Assembly: GCA_964515545.1 (NCBI GenBank)
Contig: CAZERI010000002.1
Span: forward strand, 277,731 to 341,730
DNA from: an uncultured Gammaproteobacteria bacterium
GTDB taxonomy: Bacteria > Patescibacteriota > Microgenomatia > Levybacterales > UBA12049
Reading direction: 5' to 3'
Length of the DNA: 64,000 bases
The translations under genes were made by a program, and so were the position numbers. Below the pieces are notes generated by a model. It was not told the origin of the DNA. It saw nothing but the letters and a program-made list of their open reading frames with translations, and did not search any database. How positions within the stretch are numbered: the first letter of the stretch is position 1; the number at the start of each line of letters is the position of its first letter. This document shows positions 56,651-64,000 of the stretch, piece by piece.

Positions 56651-57565
56651 CTAGATTTTACCTGTGAGGTTAAATTTAAGAAGACGTACCTGCTTCATCA
56701 CCCAAATTCCTGAAAGCACTGCACTGCTAAGGAGAGCTGGATACTTGTCTTTGTAATGCTTAGTATAAAATATCTTCATAGCATCTGCTCCTGCAATTAA
56801 TACTTTTCTCTTAGTTGCTAAATCTACTTTTACTTTTACCCCCGGCTTTTGAGACTTACCTTTAGCAGCTCCTTTATAATGGGATATTTTAATACGAGGA
56901 ACATACATGATCTTTTTCCCAAGTTCCCAAATCTTCCAGCACAAATCGATATCCTCACCATTTAAGAAATAGTCCTCATCGTACCACTCAATCTTGTCCA
57001 TAATCTTTTTCGGTACTAGACAATACGCTCCTTCTATTACATCTGCCTCCGATTCCTGATCAGGATCGAGGTATCCTACCCAATAACGTGCAAAAAGTTT
57101 CGATCGAGGAAATAGTCGATCTAATTTCGTCATATGAGTAAAGGCTACCCATGGAGTAGGGAAGGATCTCCTAGCATCTCGGTCTAAAGTGCCATCAGTC
57201 ATAACTATTTTGCACGTCATTGCCCCAACATCGGGATGATCTTCCATATACTTAATAGACTCAGGCAGCGTATCTTCCTCTACCATCGTATCTGCGTTCA
57301 GCATAAGAATGTAGTCTCCAGTGCACATATCGCGGACGATATTATTACCGGCAGAAAATCCAATATTCCCATTCCGACGATACTTCATCTGAGGGAACTC
57401 TCTTCTCATCATCTCATCAGTATCATCAGCTCCATTATCTGAGACAATCACTTCAAAAGAATACCCTGCTTTTTTCATGCCTGGTTGAGCTTTTTCTAAC
57501 GAGAGGAGGCAGTCACGGAGCAGATCACGGATATTAAACGTACTTACAATTATTGAGAGTGTCAT
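56651..57565 (-). CDS. Glycosyltransferase family 2
   Basis: LSIIVSTFN, DNGADDTDE and the DxD region (NADTMVEED). Confidence 0.7.
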   Translation of the reverse strand: MTLSIIVSTFNIRDLLRDCLLSLEKAQPGMKKAGYSFEVIVSDNGADDTDEMMRREFPQMKYRRNGNIGFSAGNNIVRDMCTGDYILMLNADTMVEEDTLPESIKYMEDHPDVGAMTCKIVMTDGTLDRDARRSFPTPWVAFTHMTKLDRLFPRSKLFARYWVGYLDPDQESEADVIEGAYCLVPKKIMDKIEWYDEDYFLNGEDIDLCWKIWELGKKIMYVPRIKISHYKGAAKGKSQKPGVKVKVDLATKRKVLIAGADAMKIFYTKHYKDKYPALLSSAVLSGIWVMKQVRLLKFNLTGKI

Positions 57566-57619
57566 ACAACGACTTTAGTATACAATGGCACATCAATTAA
57601 ATGCAAAATATTCTCTACC

Positions 57620-57777
57620 TCTTGCAAAACGGCTGCATATTTGTTTGAATAGATTTAGCATATAGAGTGTTCGTTTCAAGCGGACCAGCAACCGAAAGTT
57701 AACGGTGCTACGTCTATAAGACTATGCGTCCACCATGAGTGAGAAAAACTTTGCCTCTCTTGGTGAGAGGTTTTTTT
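57620..57777 (+). ncRNA. Candidate SAM-responsive riboswitch-like leader (SAM-I/IV-clan-like motifs) with an SD-sequestering terminator hairpin immediately before metK
   Basis: Motifs GAGUG (57665-57669), CCAGCAACC (57685-57693) and GGUGC (57704-57708), bracketed by GCATA/TATGC pairing. The hairpin CCTCTC-ttggtg-GAGAGG (57754-57770) is followed by T7, and the GAGAGG arm is the only SD-like sequence before the ATG at 57778. Confidence 0.3.
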
Positions 57778-58887
57778 ATGACAAATTATACATTTACATC
57801 AGAATCTGTCTGTAGCGGACATCCCGACAAAATCTGTGATCAGATTAGCGACGCAATAGTAGATGCAGTTTTAGCGAAAGATCCTTACGGACGGGTTGCA
57901 GTAGAAGCATTAGCAGCCAATGATCACCTTGTATTAGCAGGAGAAGTAACAACTACTGCAAAAATAGATCCCTCTGCTATTGCACGAGAGCAAATAAAAA
58001 GACTTGGTTATATCGAGAGAGACTACAACTTCTCCCATCAATCACCAATTGAGAACTACATCCACGAACAATCTCCCGAAATTGCAAAAGGAGTCGATAA
58101 TTTGGGGGCAGGAGATCAGGGGATGATGTTTGGCTATGCCTGTACCGAGACACCTGCTTTTATGCCTCTCCCAATTACTCTTGCTCATGCGTTAACAAAG
58201 GCTATTGATACCAAGCGGATCGAAAAAAATCTCCCATACTTACGCCCTGATGGTAAAAGCCAAGTCACTATCAGCTACCACAATGGTCATCCATACGAAG
58301 TTACTAAAGTAGTTATAGCAGTACCGCATAGTGAGGATATATTACTTAACCAAGTTAAGGAAGATCTTTTTGAAGAAGTAGTCCTTCCGCTTCTTGAAGA
58401 TTTCCATTTTAGTATTAAAAAGAGTGATTTTATCCTCAACGGAACTGGTGTCTGGCATAGAGGTGGACCTGCTTCTGATTGTGGACTAACAGGAAGAAAA
58501 ATAATTGTGGATACATATGGAGGGTATGCTCGAGTCGGAGGAGGTGCTTTCAGCGGTAAGGATCCAACCAAAGTTGATAGATCTGGAGCCTATGCTGCTC
58601 GATACCTTGCCAAAAATATTGTTGCCTCCGGACTGGCAGATAAAGCTGAAGTACGGCTGGCATACTGTATCGGAGTTAAGGACCCTATCATGCAGGAAAT
58701 AGAGACATTTGGAACTGAAAAGAAAGCAACTAAAGTTATTTCTGATTTTGCGACGGAACTTCTTGATACATCTGTTCAAGGAATCCTTACTGCACTACAG
58801 CTTCGTCAGCCTATCTATCTTCCTACAGCGAGTTATGGCCACTTTGGAAGAGATGAATTCCCATGGGAAAAAATTACCTCCATCTAA
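57778..58887 (+). CDS. metK: S-adenosylmethionine synthetase
   Basis: GHPDKICDQISDA, GAGDQG and the GGGAFSGKD P-loop-like motif. Start taken at the ATG after the leader hairpin, not the tracked upstream GTG. Confidence 0.9.
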   Translation: MTNYTFTSESVCSGHPDKICDQISDAIVDAVLAKDPYGRVAVEALAANDHLVLAGEVTTTAKIDPSAIAREQIKRLGYIERDYNFSHQSPIENYIHEQSPEIAKGVDNLGAGDQGMMFGYACTETPAFMPLPITLAHALTKAIDTKRIEKNLPYLRPDGKSQVTISYHNGHPYEVTKVVIAVPHSEDILLNQVKEDLFEEVVLPLLEDFHFSIKKSDFILNGTGVWHRGGPASDCGLTGRKIIVDTYGGYARVGGGAFSGKDPTKVDRSGAYAARYLAKNIVASGLADKAEVRLAYCIGVKDPIMQEIETFGTEKKATKVISDFATELLDTSVQGILTALQLRQPIYLPTASYGHFGRDEFPWEKITSI

Positions 58888-59082
58888 TTATTTCTTATTT
58901 TTATTCAAGACCTCTCCAAGAAGCTTATATGTCTCTTCCATAGCTTCCTCTGTAGTCATCCCTTGAGATGCTGCAGCTACTTCAAAGGTCTTAGTTGTTA
59001 TTGACTTACCATTGGGATCTGCTCCCGCATTGCCTTGCCCCATGGTATCATCAGCGATTCCACAACCACAGTTAAAACACAT
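58888..59082 (-). CDS. Small (64-aa) Cys-containing hypothetical protein
   Basis: Strong GGAGG SD 7 nt before ATG. MCFNCGCG N-terminus. Lies 21 nt downstream of the kinase-like gene. Confidence 0.4.
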   Translation of the reverse strand: MCFNCGCGIADDTMGQGNAGADPNGKSITTKTFEVAAASQGMTTEEAMEETYKLLGEVLNKNKK

Positions 59083-59103
59083 ACTGTTACCTCCTCTACG
59101 GAT

Positions 59104-59796
59104 TTAAGGATAGATCGTTAAAGAGGAAGAAGCAAGAGGGGGAAGACCAAAATTATAATACACAATTGCCTCCAGCCCCTTAAAGAAATCTTCCGGCCTT
59201 CCATCATTACTTAAAATATAATGGGAGATATTCCTGATAGGAGCCATGGCTTCATTTTCAATTCTATCAGCCTCATCAAATTCATTAATCTGCTCAGGGG
59301 TTGCCCCTCTTTCAATAAAGCGCTTCTTTCTTAATGAAGAATCTGCTTCTATCCAGATACCTACTACATTTTTCTCTCTAGTAAGTACTGTACTCACCTG
59401 GGGAAGTCTCAAACCATCAATAATCGTACCTTTATATCCCTCTTCACTGCTCGCTTTATCAACCTCCTCTGTTAGCTGCTGTACCATAAAATCCGGTCCC
59501 TCTTTAACTAACTCTTGAGCTATCTCTCTCAGATCTTCTCGTAAAAAGGGAGGAACTATTCCTCGCCTAGAGGCTTCAGACTTTAATATATCCGAAATAG
59601 TAATGTGAGAAAATCCATATACTTCCTCAAGAAAGCGTGATCCCATTTCTTTTCCAGATGCCATTGCTCCGGAAAGGAGAATCACAGGCTGTGTACCTAA
59701 TAATTCATGTGAAGGCAGGTCTTCTTGAAAAAAGCTATCCTCGATAAGACGCTCTGTCATTCGGGGAATTATAAGAAATTTACCAAGGGGAGTCAA
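59104..59796 (-). CDS. P-loop NTPase, putative nucleotide/nucleoside kinase
   Basis: Walker A LLSGAMASGKE. Size and layout resemble adenylate/dephospho-CoA kinase-type folds. Confidence 0.45.
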   Translation of the reverse strand: MTPLGKFLIIPRMTERLIEDSFFQEDLPSHELLGTQPVILLSGAMASGKEMGSRFLEEVYGFSHITISDILKSEASRRGIVPPFLREDLREIAQELVKEGPDFMVQQLTEEVDKASSEEGYKGTIIDGLRLPQVSTVLTREKNVVGIWIEADSSLRKKRFIERGATPEQINEFDEADRIENEAMAPIRNISHYILSNDGRPEDFFKGLEAIVYYNFGLPPLASSSLTIYP

Positions 59797-59799
59797 AAT

Positions 59800-60459
59800 T
59801 TAAGGACGCCATCCCTCGTATGCATAATAATTACCTGATTTTTCTACACATACGTAAGGGGTATCCTGTCTCATATTTTCAGCATGGCCAGGAGAGTTAA
59901 TCCACATGGTAACCACTTCTTGATAATCACTCGTCATGGCGATATTTTCAGTTACTTCATGATAGGAAGTATAGGGAAGAGAATGTGAATTAATTCTATT
60001 GGTAAAACCATCATGATTAAAATTAGAGGTTATTTCCTGGGCACGGCTTTTAGCAAAACTGCATGTGTTACTATCAACTGCCACAGAGGAGAGACCTACA
60101 GACCTTCGATAGTCATTGATCTTTTGCATGATATAACTCTGGACTCCATCTGAGGATGAAGGCTGAGGTGCTAAGGCTGCAGCTTGAGTTGGAGTTGGGG
60201 TAGGGGGAATCTTTGTCGGAGTAGGAGTACTCGTAGGCAGAGGTGTCGGAGTAGGACTAGCAGTGGGTGTTGGTGTTGGTTTTTTTGCGGAACTCATCGT
60301 TACTTGATGACGTAACGGATAAGCAGATCGTGGTGGATGGTTGGCTGCATCTGCTTTTTGGATATGAAGTCTCAATGCAGGGGATGATAAAAGATAAAAG
60401 GAGAGAAAAATAACTAAAAGACATGCAACGGGCAGAAGAATCACAGACAATTTTTGCAT
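59800..60459 (-). CDS. CAP/SCP/PR1-like (YkwD-type) secreted protein with Pro/Thr-rich linker
   Basis: Signal peptide, PTPTPT linker, then a CAP domain (INDYRRSVGL...HDGF...NSPGHAENM). Confidence 0.6.
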   Translation of the reverse strand: MQKLSVILLPVACLLVIFLSFYLLSSPALRLHIQKADAANHPPRSAYPLRHQVTMSSAKKPTPTPTASPTPTPLPTSTPTPTKIPPTPTPTQAAALAPQPSSSDGVQSYIMQKINDYRRSVGLSSVAVDSNTCSFAKSRAQEITSNFNHDGFTNRINSHSLPYTSYHEVTENIAMTSDYQEVVTMWINSPGHAENMRQDTPYVCVEKSGNYYAYEGWRP

Positions 60460-60559
60460 TATGTATCAACGTAACGTAATTTACTATTACTGTCAACCTC
60501 TACTATGGGTAACTCAGTTAAATAAAAATGGCTGTAAAATCAGGCAAAAATTTGATTGA

Positions 60560-61492
60560 TTACTCACTATAAGGAGGATTTTGCAAGTAGTTAAGAAGCA
60601 CTTGCCCTGTCATAAGGCCTGATCTCATACGATAAAGAAAGTAACGATTGCTTTGAGATGCCTGAATACCCCCTATTGTTGAGACTGCAGTACTAAAGCC
60701 TGCTTTCTTAGATAACTCAATTGCTTGATTATCGAAGGCTCCATAGGGATAGGCAAATGAGATAACAGGCTGATGAATAATGTCTTCTAGCTTGTATTTA
60801 CTCTGGAGTATTTCACGCTCAGCAAAAATTGAATTCATATTCTTAAGATAAACGTGATGCATCGTATGTGCGCCTAATTCGATATTGCTATCATTTGCCA
60901 GCTTCTTAATTTGAGAAGTCAGCATATAATTTGGCTGATCAAAGAAGCCAGGAACAACATACGCTGTCGCCTTAACATGATACTTTTTCAAGATTGGATA
61001 TGCATCTGTATAGAAATCTCGATACCCATCGTCAAAGGTGAGGACAATAGGTTTATCAGGCAGCTTTTTCTTACCATCTAAAATATCTGCAACCTCGCTC
61101 ATTGTTAGAAAAGTAAAATGATCAGCAATTAATGTCTTAACCTGAGCTTCGAAAATAACAGGTTCAATGTCCAGTGACTGTCGGGTTACATCTTTTTTAT
61201 TTTTTACATACTCGACATAATGATACATAAGAATAGGTATACGAAACCTAGCGGAAGTCGAAGCGAAAGGATGGGCTGATTTAACCTCCTTAGGAACTGT
61301 TTTCTCTATATTCTTTTTTGTCTCAGGAACATTGTGATGAGAGGAGAATAAGTAATAAGGGAAATAGAGATACAACAGGTAGGAAAACGTAGCAAAAAGG
61401 CATAGCAAAGCTAATTTGTATCGGAATGTTACATGCCTTTGTTCAATTGAAGAATTCTTTTTTTGTGCCATTGATGTCAGGTATTGTAACAA
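60560..61492 (-). CDS. Polysaccharide deacetylase (NodB homology domain) with N-terminal TM
   Basis: IVLTFDDGYRDFYTDAYPILKKY (TFDDG motif) and His-His metal-binding motifs. Confidence 0.75.
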   Translation of the reverse strand: MLQYLTSMAQKKNSSIEQRHVTFRYKLALLCLFATFSYLLYLYFPYYLFSSHHNVPETKKNIEKTVPKEVKSAHPFASTSARFRIPILMYHYVEYVKNKKDVTRQSLDIEPVIFEAQVKTLIADHFTFLTMSEVADILDGKKKLPDKPIVLTFDDGYRDFYTDAYPILKKYHVKATAYVVPGFFDQPNYMLTSQIKKLANDSNIELGAHTMHHVYLKNMNSIFAEREILQSKYKLEDIIHQPVISFAYPYGAFDNQAIELSKKAGFSTAVSTIGGIQASQSNRYFLYRMRSGLMTGQVLLNYLQNPPYSE

Positions 61493-61496
61493 GAAG

Positions 61497-62054
61497 CTAA
61501 AGAATTGCAGAGAGGAGAATCTTTAATCCTATGAGGATTAAGACTATACCGCCGAATAACTCCAGCTTGCCTTCAAAATAACGATTGAGGTGACTGCCAA
61601 AAAGAAAAGCAGGTATGCAAAGGAGAAAAGTAACTATCCCTATTACACTTACCGCAAATACTAACGGAATTTTAATAAGACCCAAAGAAATCCCGACTAC
61701 GAATGCATCTATACTTGTCGCAAAAGCTAAGAGAAGGAGTGTCTTATATGAAAGGATACTTTTATTTTTTTCTTTTTTTTCTTCTCTTGCTTCTTTAATC
61801 ATGATAACGCCGATACAAGTAAGTAAAATAAATGCAATCCAAGGAGCATATAAGGAAACCGCAAAAGTTATAGTATTGCCGACCTCCCAGCCGAGTAATG
61901 GCATCAAGGCTTGAAATAGACCAAAGAAAAAAGCAATCCGTACGGCATGATTAAATTTAGCGTGTTTAACTTCTACTCCGCCAGCCATACTCACACTTAC
62001 TGCATCGAGAGCTAAAGATACTGATAAAATAATAAGTTGAATAGTTAACCCCAT
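61497..62054 (-). CDS. mntP: Manganese efflux pump MntP (two DUF204 repeats)
   Basis: LALDAVSVS and SIDAFVVG repeat motifs. 6 TM. Confidence 0.65.
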   Translation of the reverse strand: MGLTIQLIILSVSLALDAVSVSMAGGVEVKHAKFNHAVRIAFFFGLFQALMPLLGWEVGNTITFAVSLYAPWIAFILLTCIGVIMIKEAREEKKEKNKSILSYKTLLLLAFATSIDAFVVGISLGLIKIPLVFAVSVIGIVTFLLCIPAFLFGSHLNRYFEGKLELFGGIVLILIGLKILLSAIL

Positions 62055-62098
62055 GTATTTCTATGATAATAAGGACGAAAAGAGTGTGTCAATCCACC

Positions 62099-63214
62099 TT
62101 ATCTTTTTGAGGAGAGAAGACTAGTCATAATTTTGGTACGTCCTCTTTTAAACTCTTCTGCGTGCGTTGCCCTCCACTCAGTCCAGATAGCTACCACAAT
62201 TGCTTGAATAAGACCAGCAAGAGGTGCTGCAAAAAGAGCCCCTAAGATACCATATAGCTCAGAACCAGCAATAAGAGCAAGAATAGAGACCAATGGATGG
62301 AGGCCTATTGCTTTTCCAACGATACGAGGCCCTAAAATATCTCCTTCCACAACGTGCACAACAACGAAATAGATGAGGACAAAAGCACTCACTATCCATC
62401 CTTGAGTAAGCGCCAGCAAAACGCAGAGAACGCCGGAGATGATCGTTCCTAATATAGGAATAAATGCCAAAAGAGAGGCAATCACTCCAAGGAGAAGTGC
62501 ATAAGGAACATGGAATAGCGCCATCCCTAGACCTACTAAAAGGCCGATAATAACAGCTAGAAAGATTTGCCCTCTAATATAGTTGCCTATAATAAATTGT
62601 GATGTACTCAGAAGGAACTCTAAACGGTGCTTTTGAGATCGAGGAGTATTCGACTCAATTTGTTTTTTTAACTTTGATCCGTCAATTAGTAAATAAATAC
62701 TTACAATCGCGACAATTAACATGTCCAGCAAGAAAGCAAACACACTGCTTAAGAAAGGCAATATACTCTCAGTAAGATGCTCTGCCTGTGAAGTAAGCTG
62801 ATTTTCAAGACTGATTAACTGTGATTGGGTTATACCAAAGCCTTGGAGTGTACGAAGCAAAGGGTTGTGACTTTCAAGAGCGACAAAGGCAGAAAGGTTT
62901 CGAGATAAAAATGAGAACTGCTCTAATGCTGTTGAGATAACTAAATACAAAATAACGCTTATACTTACCAAAACAACAGTATAGGTAAGGAAAATAGCTA
63001 AAGCACGTGGCATATACTTCGTAAAAAAACTTACAGCAGGAGCTAAGGCGTATGCTAAAAAAGCAGCTATAAGAAAAATAATAACTGTTCTGCTAAAGTG
63101 AGCAGTTACCCATATCCCAATGCCCAATACAATAATCCAAGCGAGAATAGTAAGCGGAATGTCTCGTCTTCTCGCCCATATTTCAGAACGTGATTTGGTA
63201 TTCATCGGCTGCAT
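62099..63214 (-). CDS. AI-2E family transporter (second copy)
   Basis: 8-TM topology with the conserved C-terminal GLHPLVSILALIAG...LFAAPLAG region. Confidence 0.75.
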   Translation of the reverse strand: MQPMNTKSRSEIWARRRDIPLTILAWIIVLGIGIWVTAHFSRTVIIFLIAAFLAYALAPAVSFFTKYMPRALAIFLTYTVVLVSISVILYLVISTALEQFSFLSRNLSAFVALESHNPLLRTLQGFGITQSQLISLENQLTSQAEHLTESILPFLSSVFAFLLDMLIVAIVSIYLLIDGSKLKKQIESNTPRSQKHRLEFLLSTSQFIIGNYIRGQIFLAVIIGLLVGLGMALFHVPYALLLGVIASLLAFIPILGTIISGVLCVLLALTQGWIVSAFVLIYFVVVHVVEGDILGPRIVGKAIGLHPLVSILALIAGSELYGILGALFAAPLAGLIQAIVVAIWTEWRATHAEEFKRGRTKIMTSLLSSKR

Positions 63215-63297
63215 TATAGCAGAGAGTATAAAAATTTGTGAATATTATGAGTTATTTAAAATTAGGATTGAAGGCTTAGTCGTGATAAAATAAACTC

Positions 63298-64000
63298 ATG
63301 CAGAACAGATATTATTTTATTCTCGGAAGATACCCTGACCTGTCCAAACATGAAATCTTTGCCGTACTTCGTAAAAAAGAACTTGAGTCATCTATTTATT
63401 ATGAGTCATCTATAGTCTTAGTCCTGGAGACAGCAGGTGAGCTTCCGATACACGAGTTAAATAAGATACTAGGCGGAACAATCAAAATTGGAAGAGTACT
63501 ACAGAGCTTTCCGCAGTCTGTCCATCCTGATAAGATCAATGACTATCTCACCTCCGATGCACTTTTTATAGAATACCTTCCTAAAGCAACCCAAAAAATA
63601 ACTTTTGGGATTAGCCTGTATCCTTATCCTCGTCACCAGTCCAGACACAATCCCTGGCTGAGAATACAGCATGAGCTTATTAAAAATCTTAAGAATCATC
63701 TAGAGGCTCAAGGCTTTAAGACCAGATATCCTCATCTTGATGGATCATTTCTGTCAAGCGCTTCTGTCGAGAAAAACAAAATTCTCAGAGACGGGGTGGA
63801 AATTGTCATTATAGAGACGCCCACTGAAGTATTATTTGGCAAAACACTGGCTGTCCAAGAATTTGAGTCATTCAGCAATCGTGATTATGGAAGACCAAAA
63901 AGAGACATGGAATCAGGTATTATGCCTCCTAAAATAGCTCGTATGATGATTAATATTGCAGAGATTCCCTCATCAGGAGAACTCCTGGATCCTTTTTGTG
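63298..64000 (+). CDS. Putative RNA (guanine-N2)-methyltransferase, Trm11/RlmL-like with THUMP-like N-terminus. 3-prime partial at the window edge and not in the ORF track.
   Basis: Hand translation from ATG 63298 gives ...RDYGRPKRDMESGIMPPKIARMMINIAEIPSSGELLDPFC. DPFCG is motif I of m2G methyltransferases. The ORF stays open to the end of the window. Confidence 0.45.
   Translation, partial: MQNRYYFILGRYPDLSKHEIFAVLRKKELESSIYYESSIVLVLETAGELPIHELNKILGGTIKIGRVLQSFPQSVHPDKINDYLTSDALFIEYLPKATQKITFGISLYPYPRHQSRHNPWLRIQHELIKNLKNHLEAQGFKTRYPHLDGSFLSSASVEKNKILRDGVEIVIIETPTEVLFGKTLAVQEFESFSNRDYGRPKRDMESGIMPPKIARMMINIAEIPSSGELLDPFC

Noticed and set aside
62055-62098. yybP-ykoY Mn riboswitch upstream of mntP
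   Set aside because: Only 44 bp of intergenic DNA, which is too short for the aptamer.
1-64000. CRISPR arrays, rRNA genes, transposases or integrases
   Set aside because: Direct-repeat/spacer periodicity and rRNA-like conserved blocks were looked for and not seen. No transposase or integrase motifs were seen in any ORF.

Overview
The 64-kb window is gene-dense and AT-rich (roughly 38-40% GC by eye). It contains many small ORFs, frequent GTG/TTG starts and weak or absent Shine-Dalgarno sequences. Together with the gene content (sortase, episymbiont-like surface proteins, minimal metabolism) this fits a small-genome Patescibacteria/CPR-like or Gram-positive-like bacterium; that placement is inference only. 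Nine tRNA genes were folded by hand: Glu-TTC, Lys-TTT, Lys-CTT, Arg-TCG, His-GTG, Arg-TCT, Gly-TCC, Pro-TGG and Leu-TAA.

Housekeeping content includes dus, tdh-kbl, uvrA, uvrC, secG, yvcK, rnhB, a NadM-type NMN adenylyltransferase, uppP and metK. Envelope functions include two efflux systems (MacAB-like and RND), a DD-carboxypeptidase, a glycosyltransferase cluster, two AI-2E transporters and mntP. There is also a lexA-orf83-dinB SOS cassette.

The most unusual region is 45.2-52.5 kb. It holds five paralogous secreted Asn/Thr/Gly-rich repeat proteins with a recurring NKANDNxGGDVxVxSG module and a CxC motif between modules. One of them ends in an LPATG sorting signal, and a sortase gene sits next to it. 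The genes also carry about 80%-identical internal DNA repeats, and the first one has a long structured leader. I cannot assign this repeat family to any named domain from sequence alone, and I think it is the candidate undescribed system.

Other notable points: a twin GTAC-N4-GTAC palindrome pair inside a textbook -35/-10 promoter just upstream of lexA; a SAM-riboswitch-like leader before metK; a duplicated tRNA-Glu 3-prime fragment; an ATP-cone/Mrr nuclease three-gene module; a UvrC that lacks the C-terminal HhH2 domain; and a UPF0104/DUF2079 fusion membrane protein.

No CRISPR array, rRNA, transposase or integrase was seen. Coordinates for RNA and regulatory features were derived by hand and may be off by 1-2 nt.
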